Part shown: in pieces, positions 27,275 through 64,000 of the stretch
How positions within the stretch are numbered: the first letter of the stretch is position 1
How the letters are laid out: every line of letters begins with the position of its first letter
Assembly (NCBI RefSeq): GCF_964355755.1
Contig: NC_092677.1
Location: forward strand, 23,299,175-23,363,174
Direction of reading: 5' to 3'
From: Antedon mediterranea
Taxonomy: Eukaryota; Animalia; Echinodermata
DNA: 64,000 nucleotides
Position numbers and translations under genes: made by a program
Notes under the pieces: model-generated
What the model saw: only the letters and a program-made list of their open reading frames with translations
Database searches by the model: none
What the model was told of the DNA's origin: nothing

Positions 27275-28745
27275 AAAGTATTTAAATGATAAGGGAAAGT
27301 GAAAATAGCAACTAAAATTAATTTCCGTAACTACCTTTTTATTATGCGCTATTGCATTTCTCAGTTTTAGATGGGCAGTTGACAGAAAGCTGAGTCCACT
27401 CTTGGTGAATGAATGATCACAAATAGTGCTCTGTGTGGAGCCACAGTTTACATTTGATTGATTTATAAAAAATGCAGTTTAGTAGAGAGCTTTACAATTT
27501 GTATTGATATTTTTTTATTTTGACGCTTTAAGGTAGATAATTTAGCTGTAAACGGTGTAGTTCAATTGTAATCCATCATGTATAGCGACTGGAATCACGT
27601 TATAGTGTCTCTTCATGGCGGCACTGATAACTTGCATGCAAGGTATCATATAGATATTTAAAAATTGTGTTGTAGTGTTAATCAAGCAGGACCTTTTTGT
27701 CATCTTACAAAGTAATAATAATTGTGATTATATTGTATAAGGTGTACTTTATTGGGTTTCAATAAACATAATTGGCTTACTTAAAACTGTTTTGTGTCAA
27801 TGATGTATGTATTGTATATTGTTCCCAGTCCTTTCAAATGCATATGGCTAGCCTACCTATAAACCTTCTGACATTTATGTATATACAATTGTAATGCAAG
27901 GTAACAATGGACTCAGAAGTTGTTGTTGTTGTTGTTTTTGTTGTTGTTGTTGTTGATTTGTTCTGCAACTCAATTTTGAATAAACTGATCACCCGGTTTG
28001 AGTGTATGTTGGCCATTTATTCAATGTATAATCATAACAATTCATTAGGAAAAAGTTACCATATGGTAGATAAATGTTTACTACGGCTAAAAAAATGGGT
28101 ATTGGAAACTCGGACTTAGCATGCTCAACCCCAAAGTTGGAGAAAAGTAGGCACATTGGATATGTGCAATAGATAGACTTATAGCAAAGAACTAACACGA
28201 AGTTCTTTGCTTATAGACTTAATCAACTTATTCCATTTTATATAATATATATATAAAAAAAATTTAATTTGTTGTGATTTTTTGTGTTTAGTAGTATGTC
28301 AAACATTAAATTACATGCAATTTTTATTTTTTTTTAATGAATATTTGACAATAAAAGTGTTTGAATTTTAAATTCTTCTTCTATGATAAAAAATAGTTTT
28401 GGCGAATATATCCGGGATATTCTGTGTTTAGATAACTTTTGTTTGTTAGTGTACGACGAAGGTTCCGGGAAATTAAGCATTTTGTTTACAAGAATGTTGG
28501 GGTATGTAGGTCTCAATAGGACCTAAACATCGAATATGCTAAACGAGCGTCGTTTTTTGTAAGAAATATTTCTAGTTATTATCAAGACGTACCTGGGAGA
28601 ATATCTTCCTATCCATATAAAGAAACTACCCAACCATAATAGATGAAGATATTGGTGGCGCTGTTATTCACAACAAAAAATTTCAACAATCTGTGTGCGA
28701 TTTTCCAATCCCATACTAGGCTAGGCTATATGATCTGATAAAAAT

Positions 28746-31700
28746 ATGAATGTATTTGTTGGTAAGATTCAATTGATTATTGACATTACACATATAATGC
28801 TAAAAATACTCTTTTTGAGTCGACATTGCAGGCCACACCAGGCCTTTATATTATGGGTATTGGTTGTTTACCGGCCCACACTGCTGCTGCACCGTCCCAG
28901 CTAGGACTCTGTCTGGTAAGTGTAGCTAGGCCTAGCAGCACAAAACAGCCGACCTGGCTTATGAATATGAATTCATTTAATTTCAGATTTAATGCAATTT
29001 TTGTTTATAATAAAAGTTGATTTTGTTTTTCTACAGCTGGTGGTAGTGGCTTCATTGGGTCAACAGTATGTAGACATTTAAGACAACGAGGTCACAATTG
29101 GACTATTATTTCTAGGACCACTGGTCCAAACAAAATTTCATGGGTAGGGTAACAAGATTCTCATCAAACATATTTACATTGTGTTGGTGTCACTTTAATA
29201 ACCAGAGTAGCCATGTCATATCATTTTTTTAAACTAAAAATTAGGGGGTGGGGCGGATTGAAAAGCAAGCCTAGCTTCTTAGCCTATATCATATATCCCC
29301 CTGTCTGCTGTGCATAATTAAGCAGATTAAAAATTCAATTACTAGAATTTAATTCACCACCATTCCGACAGAAAAATATACATTTACAAATAAATTTTTT
29401 CGGACATTATTTATTGGCCGGAGATGCCTTTACCTTCACTAAAAGTGAGTGTATATACTCATTACTGTTTATATTGCCTGCACTACTTTGCCAGTATGCC
29501 TGTGAGAGAAGCTGTAGGGTAGGCACTACAACATTTATAAAAATAAAATCCATGTTTTTAAAATAATAATTATACAGTATATAATCAAACTACAGGAAGA
29601 TTTTTCTACTAAATAAGTAGTCTTTCTCTAACAGTCTGAGTTAATGGAAAATGGTTTACCAGAATGTGATGCAGTTATTAATCTATGTGGAGAGAATGCA
29701 TTCAATCCAATGAAAAGGTAATTTAAACCACATATAATATACTACAACTGATTGTTAAAGAGATATTCAATTTTGTATATATTATCATATAGCAGAAGAA
29801 TGATAAGATAATTAGGACATCTATGAGAGAATTAACAAAGTATTGCCGCCGGGCTATAAGTATGTTCTATATTAATTATTAATAAAAACAATATCTGCCA
29901 CAAGAAAATATGGGTTTATACATAAATGTGATCATTATTATACAGTGATTGTATTGCAATAACATGAAATATGATTTCTGTTTTGTTCATTAAAATGAAT
30001 TTAGTCTTGTTTATTCAACTGTCTAAAGGATGACGCAATTACATTGACTAAAACTAGATTGTTATGAAGCAATATATGGTCGATCTATTTCTCAGTTAAT
30101 TTGAAAAACCAAATAATATATCTAGGCTACCATAGTCACAGGTTAAAAAAACTACTTTAAAAATCAATGAAGATGTTATTTGTTTAACTATGGAATATTG
30201 TTATGCAACATTAAACATGACATCATTTTCTGATCTTGCTACCTGCTTCATTTATTATCAATCAATGGTGAACAGACGATCGGGGCCAAGGACGATCAGG
30301 GCCACAGACGATCGAGGCCATTATAGAGACGATCGGGCCCATTTTTTTATGTGCCCGATCGTCTTATACGCTAGGCCTGATTGTCCATGGCCCCGAACGT
30401 CCACACAGTTGAGCCCGAACGTCCACAAAGTTTGGCCCGAACCTCTGCATGCGTTGGTACCCGATCATCTTTAAAAAGGCCAGATTTTCTGACCCCAATC
30501 GTCCATCAATCCAATCAATTTACATTTTTATGCAGGTGGAATGAAGCCTTTAAAAGAGAAGTTATCCGAAGTAGAGTACAAACCACCGCTAATATTACCA
30601 AATTGATATCGGATATGAACCGGCCACCCAAAGTATTTGTATCTGCTTCTGCAGTAGGTAATATATACAGAAATAATTATGAAAGAAATATGTGGATACC
30701 CAAAAATAAGTATTGACTCTTCACAATTTTACTCCATGCAGGGAGTTGAACTCCCTGCTCCATGCATTGGGGCTTCACTTTGTAGATTGTACCTGACGTT
30801 AGTTAAGGTACCCTGTTTAGTGGTGATAATATAATAACATACACAAGTGGAATGTATCTTTGCCAGTTAATTTGTTAAATTCATGTCACAGTGGCGTAAC
30901 GGCTAAGAGCATTCACAAGCTAAACCCAAAGCTTAAGAGGCTCCAACATAAGCACCCCAATGCAACTACCCAACATTGGATGGTCTCTATTAAACCAGGG
31001 TCCTTTTCCCCTCTGCGTTACACCACTGGCTTTTCAGTAAAAGTTCTTTTAATAGTTTTATTATATGACTGTTGCAAAAAGCAACCTGTAGTGTGCATAA
31101 CTGTTGTTTAAAATAACGAATTTGAACTAAAACATTATTATTATTATATTACATATCATTATTAAATTATGTTATTAGGTTTCTATCCGCCTTCAACATC
31201 AGCAGAGTACACAGAAGGCGGCCCTGCAGGAACTGATTTCTTTGCCCGTCTGAGTGTTGATTGGGAAAATATTGCAATGCAAGCAAGGTCTGATAAAACA
31301 AGGGTTTCACTTGTCCGAATAGGTATGTATTTATTAATAAAATGTTACTGTAATAGTTTTGTTATATAGAATCATAAGCAAAATGGTTACTGTACTGTTT
31401 TTATTTGCGTTCAATGCGTTGTCATTATTTAATTTAAAAAAAAAAAAAAAAAAAAGGACATGGCTGTTAAAATGTATATGGGGGAGGGGGTCAAAAGCCT
31501 GTCTATCGCCCACCTAAATCTGCACCTGCTCTTGGCCTATTTAAAGCAACATGGCCTATTTAAAGTCTGATTTTATTATTCTTCATTTTTTTTTTTTTGC
31601 CAAACAATACATCTTTAATATCTAAATTAGTGGGTGAGATTAAATTTGGATTGCATCATTAATGGAATTTTGTTGAATTTTTGTTCTGAATTAGGGGTAT

Positions 31701-32239
31701 GATTATAGTTGAGCAAAATTTCCCTTTATTTTATTTCATTTATATAATTATTTCACTTCAATATCTCAACCGGTCATTTCAATCTGTTCAAAGTTCATGG
31801 AATTTAACTTTAAGTATATTTTCTCACAGGTGTTGCTCTTGGTAAAGATGGCGGCGTAATCAAGCAGATGAAGTTACCATTTTACCTTGGGCTTGGAGGT
31901 GTCATTGGCTCTGGTGAACAATTCTTCCCTTGGATCCATGTTGATGACATTGCTGGCATCTTTATTCATGCCATTGAAAATGATAATGTGGAAGGAGCAC
32001 TAAATGCCACTGCACCGAGTGTTACAACTAATCATGACTTCACAAAAGCATTTGCCGCCGCTCTTTGGAGACCGTCGATCTTCCCCCTTCCAGAGTTTAT
32101 TGTAAAGGCAATGCTTGGCAGTGAGCGTGCAGTTGTATTATTAGAAGGACAGAATGTGCAACCTAAACGAACATTAGAAAGTGGTTATACCTTCAAGTAC
32201 ACAAGTATCACAGATGCTTTAAAGGATATTGTTTCGTAA
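28746..32239 (+). CDS. SDR39U1: Epimerase family protein SDR39U1, copy 3 (most conserved; 293 aa)
   Basis: Exons 28746-28761, 29037-29143, 29635-29717, 30536-30657, 31179-31322, 31830-32239. Keeps family motifs GGSGFIG, ISR, GEN, RWN...SR, DFF...WE, LPF.LGLGG and LLEGQ. Confidence 0.95.
30266..30510. mobile_element. MITE-like insertion in intron 3 of copy 3
   Basis: GC-rich island with repeated gacgatcgggcc and inverted end gaccccaatcgtcc; absent from the other paralogues. Confidence 0.55.
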
Positions 32240-32264
32240 AATGTAGACTCACACTCATCACAGT

Positions 32265-32552
32265 GACATTTTTGAAGTGATACTAATGTAGGTGAAACAA
32301 ATTGTACACTGATAAAAACCAAGATATGGCAGCAGTGTGGTTAGCACTGTGCACAAGCTTTATGATATTGGACAGACAGCCTGGCAGATCTTGATGCTAA
32401 TTAGGAGGCAGACGATTACCATAGCAAACAATTAAATTACCACTTGATTCATTTATCTCTAAAGTTATAAGTGATAATGATCATTTACAGTCTCTTGAAA
32501 GATAGTGTGAGATTTAATGTCTACATCTGTCTGTACTTCTTCATCTTATACA
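32265..32552. repeat. 288-bp direct duplicate of 38846-39133
   Basis: gacatttttgaagtgatact...cttcatcttataca is nearly identical at both places. Confidence 0.95.
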
Positions 32553-33705
32553 TATATACTTATTTATCTAAATATAGGCCATATGATCTGACTGGAGCCA
32601 ATTTATTTTTTAGGGTCTCCCTGGACCCCCATCCCATATGCGTGTCCCTGTAATGATAAATATCACAGGCATAACTCCATCATAGATGTCATTAAATTTA
32701 GCATTTTATCAAAAAGATCTAGTCAGAAGTTATATAAAAAATATTAATAAAGTTACCGAATTTGCAGTTTTGATATTGTTGTATCAAAGAACATGATTAC
32801 TCTCTCTATCTGTATGTTACTGTACTATATCTTGTTAACCTGTGAGATTATCTTCCATATAAGGAAACTATAACACCATAAATGGATAAAGCTAGATGTA
32901 TCACAACAGAATATTATTTACAATGCACATATGCAAATCTGGAAAAATTCTTCCTAAATTATTATTATATTTTTAAACAATATATTCATTTTTGTTTGTT
33001 TATTTTAACAAGTACACCAACCTTGTGCTATTTGTATCCATTTCCAAGTGTCTTTGGCATTGTTGTCAAATCTTTTGCAAGGCCACATGGATTACTGGCC
33101 ACAAAAAAAAACTGGTGTAATTTTGCTTTGCAACTTCTAAATGAAAGAAACTTTTCAATTGAGAACACATCAAACATATATGTTACTAACACTGGCCTTT
33201 TAAGGCATGTTATGTTCTGTTACATGCAATAAGCAGAAATATCATGTTTTGACATTTGGTACTTCAATAGCTGGGCTGGAGCTTTGGCAATGGCTTAGAC
33301 TAGGTTCTAGTTCATAATTAGTAAAGCTAAATATTTGGCACATGACATTTCATACATATAATGTAATACAATTACAAAAATAAAAAATATAAACGAAACG
33401 TTGACTGGTGGACTAACATAAAGAAACAAAACTACACCCTTGGAGCAAGTCTAGCAATTATGGTCTAGTACAGTGCTATCTATTTAGTGTTTACAAAGTA
33501 TCAATTAAGGCTATAAAAAAACTTTTAAAATTAGAGTTTGATTATTTAAAAAATTAAACCCTAATTTTAATTAGAACAAATGTGTATGAAATTGATACAC
33601 GCAAGATACAAATAATTTTATGGGTGTTTTGTACTAAAAAAGGAATTGAAGACTATAAATATTTCTTTCTTTATAATTATGTAATACTAATAGTATATCC
33701 AATGT

Positions 33706-34010
33706 GAGGGCGTGTGGCGCAGGGTGTTGGACGTTGGACTACTGATCGTGAGACCGAGGTTCGAATCCAACTCTTGCCGCATTACTTGTATCCTTAGGCA
33801 AGATACTTTACTTACGTTTGCCTCTTTCCACCCAGGTGTATAAATGGGTACCCGGTTAGATCAAGACACAACTTTGCGCTGATTACTAGATGCATTATGG
33901 GAGTATTTCCATACGTGTTTGATCCAAAAAATGACTGGGGTAATAATGTTCAGCGCTTAGAGAAGCTTGCTTGTAGAGTGCTATAAAGAATGAACTATTA
34001 TTATTATTAT
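33706..34010 (+). mobile_element. tRNA-derived SINE (second family)
   Basis: A box gtggcgcagg, B box ggttcgaatcc, central tccttaggcaag...ccacccaggtgtataaatgggtacc, (att)n tail. Confidence 0.85.
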
Positions 34011-34165
34011 GGAATCCCATCATAATTCATGCTACCAGACCAATAGAGACATAATCCCACTTTCTCAACGTTTAAAGTAGGCCTAATGTTTGTCATATAT
34101 TTTGGTGGTCAATCACTTATTCAAATCATGATGATACTGATAGTGATTTTGTTTTCTGTCTACAG

Positions 34166-36764
34166 CTGGTGGTTCATATATAGTTTTACCTTGTGTGAAA
34201 CTGACTGTGGAGTAGGCGCTAGATATACAATTTGGTTGAAGACTTTTGAATATAATATTTCTGACCCACACCCAGATAGACAATCTGGAAGATATTGTCT
34301 ACTAAATAGGTATATTTTTTCTCTGAAAGTCTGAGTTAATGGAGAATGGTTTACCAGAATGTGATGCAGTAATTAATCTATGTGGAGAGAATGCATTCAA
34401 TCCAATGAAAAGGTAATTGAAACCACATATACTACTGATTGTTAGTAAATTTGTATATATTTATCATATCATAGCATAATAAATGATAACAAGATAATTA
34501 GGACATCATGAGATAATTAACAAAGTATTGCCGCTGGGGTATAAGTAGGCTATGTTCTATATTATAGAGTAAACACAATAATACACTGCCACAAGAAAAT
34601 ATGGGTTAGCATTACAACATAAATGTGATATTAATATACAGTGATTGTCATCTCATTGCAATAACATGAAATATGATTTGTTAGTTAATTTGAAAACCAA
34701 ATAATACAACTAGGTTGGCATTAAGATATTTATTTGCTATAGAGTGTAATTGTGACATGACATCATTAACGAACGAGTTTACAATTTGTTTGCAGTTCCA
34801 AATTATGCTTTAATATAAGCATTTAAAAATGGGAGGCTGCATAAAAATTGAAATTCATTCGCTGATAACCAAGGACATGAAAAAAATGGCTTGGAATTTA
34901 AATCAACTTGCATCGCTTTCCCAGTAAATATTAACAATGATTGGTTAATATTTATTGGGAAAGCGATTTTTATTAATACAGATGGAACCTGGAGATGGAA
35001 TGAAGAGTTTAAGAACGACGTTATCAAAAGTACAATAGGAACCAACGCTAATATTACCAAGTTGATATCGGATATGAACCAGCCACCCAAAGTATTTGTA
35101 TCTGCTTCTGGAGCAGGTAATATTATACAGGCCTTGTCTTTTAAGGCGAGCGAGTGCGATCACCCACCTAACACACTCCTAAAATTCCAAATGACACGTG
35201 ATGCCTAATTAACCAATCAAATTGCAAGAATAGTGTAGATTCCAAATGTGCATTTTTACAAATACATGTACAAAACCAATGTAAGAAAGTATTACATATG
35301 GATATTTTGTGTGATTTAATGCTTTAAATCAGTGAATATATCGAGTTCCATCCCTTTTAAATGCCATTTATTAATAGACTGAAAAGTCACAAAATACATA
35401 ATTATTTTTAGTGTATACAATTGTCATACTTTATATCCTTTTATATCTTATTACTTACTCATAAATTTTGGTTGCAAGGATAACCCTTAAGTTGTATAAA
35501 AAAATAGGACTAAAAAATAAATTGTCTTATTTTACTTTTTATACTTTAAATTATTTCTTTATTTGACATGTGATATCATTATTAAATTATGTTATTAGCT
35601 TACTATCCGCCTTCAAGATCTGCAGAGTATACAGAAGATGACCCTGCAGGAACTGGTTTCTTTTCGTGTCTGAATGCCGATAGCGAAAAAGCTGCAATGC
35701 AAGCAAAGTCTGATAAAACACAAGTTGCAGTTCTCAGAATAGGTATAGCTACATTTATTTTGTCAATAGAATACATAATAATAATTTCCTGGATTTATAT
35801 AGCCCCTCTAAGCGCTCAACATTATTACCCCAGTCATTTTGGATCAAACACGTATGGAAAAATACTCCCATACTGCAGCTAGTAATCAGCGCAAAGTTGT
35901 GTCTTGACCTAACCGGGTACCCATTTATACACCTGGGTGGAGAGAGGCAAATCTTGCCTAAGGATACAAGCGAGAGTTTGATTCGAACCTTGATCTCACC
36001 ATCAGTAGTCGAACGCACTGCGTCACATGCCCTTTTAGGTTGGCACCTGAGTATATCCTTACCATTTGTTCACATCATCACCACAGTTATCCCAGTTGCA
36101 TAAAGTCGTTCTTTACTCAAAATGGAAGGCATTGCAGCGGATTAACTGAACAAAATAATTATTCTTTTTTATTTGTTGAATGGTGAATTATTTTTTTCAT
36201 TGAGAGATTGATTTAATTTGTTAATTAGAACTTTCAACTCATGAAATACTCTCATTATTTTTTTTTACAAAATGTTTGAGTGCAATAGTTCAATGATTAA
36301 GAATTATAATATGATAATATAAAATGATAACACTGTATTATAAACAAATAAAACGATAATTCTCACACACACACACCGGTACTGTTCTTGGCAAAGATGG
36401 CGGTGTTATCAAAATGATGAAGTTACCATTTTACGGGCTTGGAGGTGTCATTGGCTCTGGTGAACAATTCTTCCCTTGGATTCATGTTGATGACATTGCT
36501 GCCATCTTTATTCATGTGGAAGGAGCACTAAATGCCACTGCACCGAGTGTTACAACTAATCGTAACTTCACAAAAGCATTTGCCGCCGCTCTTTGGAGAC
36601 CGTCGATCTTTCCCGTTCCTGAATTTATTGTAAAGGCAATGCTTGGCAGTGAGCGTGCAGTTGTATTATTAGGACAGAATGTGCAACCTAAACGAACATT
36701 AGATAGTGGTTATACCTTCAAGTACACAAGTATCACAGATGCAATCAAGGATATTGTTTTGTAA
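34166..36764 (+). pseudogene. SDR39U1: SDR39U1 copy 4, mosaic pseudogene
   Basis: No recognisable exon 1. Exon 2 is deleted after 8 nt (ctggtggt at 34166). Exon 3 at 34330-34412 has an AAG acceptor; exon 4 at 34995-35116 has a 13-nt insert after the original acceptor; exon 5 at 35599-35742. Exon 6 at 36379-36764 has acceptor AG>CG and three in-frame deletions. Confidence 0.85.
35773..36033 (-). mobile_element. tRNA-derived SINE, inverted copy of the 33706-34010 family
   Basis: Reverse-complement match (ggtacccatttatacacctgggtgg, cttgcctaaggatacaag, ttcgaacc). Confidence 0.85.
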
Positions 36765-39724
36765 AATGTTCTTCATAATGGGGAAAGCAACCATGGCTAA
36801 ACTACAAAAGAAATTAATGTGATAGTCTAGTTGTTTCTATAGCACCGTTCATTATTAACTACATTTCTTAGTTGTGTTGCAAAAATATTACTGGACCTGT
36901 ATTATGTAGTGTATTGACATATAAAGGGGGAAGACTCCACATGAATAAATGAAGGAAAATAGTGTGAGCCACAGTTTCAGGCCTTGACTTTTGAGGTGTG
37001 TGGGTGGTATCACTGACTATACACACTCATAAAATGCCATTGAGGAGTGAAATTTACAGAACACACCTAAATGTGGAGCAAGTTGTAGCACATCTGCAAG
37101 TTGCAAATAACAATATTCTTAGTTTTTGTGAAAAATGATTGAAAAATAGTATGATTCTCAAGCAGGACTTTCTTTTTGGGTCAAAATTCTTATAAAAGTA
37201 ATAATAACTGCGATATATTATATTATTTTATTGGGTGTCCATACACATATGATTGGCTTACATAAAACTCTGTGATTGATTGTTTTGCGTCATTAATGAC
37301 GCATAGTTCCCAGTCCATTTAAATGCATTAACTGTACCTAAACCTTCTCTGGCATTTCACTATATACAACTCTGCAATGCATGGTAACTAATATGGACTT
37401 TGAAAACAACTATATAAAAACAAAATACAGAAATTAAAATATTTTCAATTAAATTTATAACCCACCCATTTCAGATTATTATTTGAATATACTTGATTCA
37501 AATTAAAAACTAAATAAAGTATCTTTAGCTTACAATTATTGGAGGGTAATTTGAAATCATTGTAGAGTAATTTTCATTTAATAAATTTTCCTTCATTGAA
37601 CTACCATATTTTTTTCTAGTTGAACCGTATTCCACAGTAACTGCTAATGTATATAAAAAAATTAATAATATGGGTATAAATATTTTTTCTTTCACACAAT
37701 AATAACGTCACTAAGAATAAACATAATTTATTTTAATATATATTTCTAATTGCATTTAATGATGTAACTCCATGCATAAGGAATAAATTAACTATGATTT
37801 TATATTTATTGACTGGGATTCTATATCCCATTAAATGGAATGTTTTACACATTGTCTTTAAGTTACAATATCACTTCTCATACAATTAGTTCTGTTATGT
37901 TTTTATCCTTTTCGGTCTATTTTCGTATACTTAATAATACTTCAGAAACTGTCATTTTCAATATAAAAGTCACTTTCAAGTGCTTATTAATTATAATAAC
38001 TAAACTTAGTATTTTTAATGACTTCGTTTCCTAATTATTATTTTCTATCACATTGGTACAGTTTTACTGGCAAGTACAATGCCACAATTCAGACATTTAT
38101 ATTTGTAAACATGTCATCAAATTGACCCCAAAAATTAGAACAATTTATTCTTTTCAATTAAACTGTATAAGACAGACTATGCACAAAAAAAGTGAAAAAA
38201 AAAGCAATATTTTAATGAATACTATAAAAAATGGATTTTCAGTAAATTTTACATTATTTATCATAAATTTTTGTGCTTGGGAAAAATAACGCCAAATAAG
38301 AAATTACTATAAAACATATTACTTCCACTTCATTCACGGACATAACCCGTGGAATTATTACAGTACATTAAGACAAGGTGAAAGTTTCTCAACATCTACA
38401 AATTAAGCCTTTGTTAGCAGATATATAACTGCAATCAATTTTCTTCATTGCTCCCATTTTTATTTTATTTTTGGGGCATACTGATTTCAAATATGCATCA
38501 TCACAAACAAGTGGTCAACTCTCCCAATACGGGAATCTCTGGAAACTCTCTCAAAACCAGACATTTGTTAAGGTCCAAACGGTTTCAATTTATCTATATT
38601 ATTTACAACACATTCTGAATACAGACTTTGCAGAAAGCTGCACATATTAGGACAGCCCAATGGTGTCCAGGTATTGGGAAAGTTGACTCTAATAGTATAC
38701 ATTTTTATTGAATTACTGTAGGCATGAGTTTTTTTTTGGTAAGATCCGATTTTTTATGTGTATCAATTTTTTGTTAGATACAGTAATTCCACTCTGCAGT
38801 GGGTAAGTTTAAACAGTTTTCCACAACAATGAGTGTATTTATTGGGACATTTTTGAAGTGATACTAATGTAGGTGAAACAAATTGCATACTGATAAAAAC
38901 CAAGATATGACAGCAGTGTGGTTAGCACTGTGCACAAGCTTTATGATATTGGACAGACAGCCTGGCAGATCTTGATGCTAATTAGGAGGCAGACGATTAC
39001 CATAGCAAACAATTAAATTACCACTTGATTCATTTATCTCTAAAGTTATAAGTGATAATGATTATTTACAGTCTCTTGAAAGATAGTGTCAGATTTAATG
39101 TCTACATCTGTCTGTACTTCTTCATCTTATACAAAAATTAGTTGACTTAACATAATCTTTGTAAATCATTGACTAAACCAGTTTTTTCAGGTATTCTTAA
39201 ATAGATAACAATTAACATGAGGCTACCGTACCATTGCAAAATGAGTTGCTTCTTAAGTCAAAAGGGAGGTGGTGGGCGGAATAGAGAATACAACCAATAT
39301 ATATTGAAAAAATATTTTGAGTAATGTTGAAAGGTATAGTAATATGTTATATATTTTTAATGTTTTGTTGAATAAACTGTTTACAATTTACTTGATTTTA
39401 GAATATGGCAATGCATATGTAATATTTTCTTTTTTTGAAAATACAATTAATTCAAAAATACAATTTGTTTCTAGTTAAACCTTCATATCTCTTGATATTC
39501 TTATAATATGAAGGTTATTTAAGATTATACATTATCATTTTGCATCCCTAATCCATGCGTCTTATTTTGAGGCGTTACATCGCATTATTATGACGATTGC
39601 AACCATTTATGCCTGCTGTATCAGTACCATCATTAAGAACTATATAACCAAATTAAATGCAATGTATATGCAGATTTTCGAGAATATATCATATAGTCAG
39701 TCCAACTAATTGGTCCTCTTCATC

Positions 39725-39952
39725 GCATCTGGATTAGCTGTCTAGTTGGAAAACCGCATTGGGATAGGCCATCTAGTTTAAAAACCGCGTCAGAATTAGC
39801 CATCTAGTTGGAGAACCGTGTCAGAATTAGCCATCTAGTTGGAGAACCGTGTCAGAATTAGCCATCTAGTTGGAGAACCGTGTCAGAATTAGCCATTTAG
39901 TTGGAAAATCGCATCTGAACCATGTCTGGATTGCCATCTAGTTAAAAAACCG
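39725..39952. repeat. 31-bp minisatellite (~7 copies) in the probable AP1G1 3' UTR
   Basis: Unit tcagaattagccatctagttggagaaccgtg with period 31. Confidence 0.9.
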
Positions 39953-40251
39953 GCGAGAAATTTAGGTTGCTTAGTAAATACTGCATGTAGCCTGCATTTA
40001 ATCGGCTTTTGGCTTGGCTACTTTGTATGTGATACATCGATATAACACATATCAAGGTACAATATTTTCAACCAAATTACATACAGTTAGGAGCACATCG
40101 CAAACAAATTATAGGGCTATCAGCCAATGTTAACTATAATCACTTTGGAGATTTATGAATTGCTTGGCAGTAGAGTACAATAACACTGGTGGATGCAAGT
40201 TACCCTATCATCGTTCAGTTTGCAAAACCATGACTGGCGTCTGAATTGCTG

Positions 40252-64000
<23,749 letters not shown>

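Noticed and set aside
27907-28119. Poly-Val / poly-Thr ORFs
   Set aside because: (TTG)n microsatellite in the copy 2 3' flank.

Overview
AT-rich, intron-rich animal genomic DNA, not prokaryotic; an invertebrate, perhaps an echinoderm (inferred only from composition and repeat types). Bases 1-13.8 kb are intergenic and packed with transposon debris: pogo remnants, a Harbinger derivative with a Myb/SANT ORF relic, a Helitron, a SINE and MITEs. Bases 13.8-37 kb hold a tandem array of four six-exon SDR39U1 (epimerase-family, TIGR01777-like atypical SDR) paralogues on +. Copy 1 is intact but diverged, copy 2 has a damaged cofactor-binding site, copy 3 is intact and most conserved, and copy 4 is a mosaic pseudogene. 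From 40.25 kb to the window end lies AP1G1 (AP-1 gamma adaptin) on -, convergent with the array, with 16 frame-consistent exons visible and its 5' end outside the window. The most notable signals are in the AP1G1 introns: two Penelope-type hammerhead ribozyme motifs on the pre-mRNA strand, two candidate microexons (12 and 15 nt) at the site of the known vertebrate AP1G1 microexon, and a triple nested stack of Helentron-type elements. All coordinates were counted by hand and may be off by a few bases.
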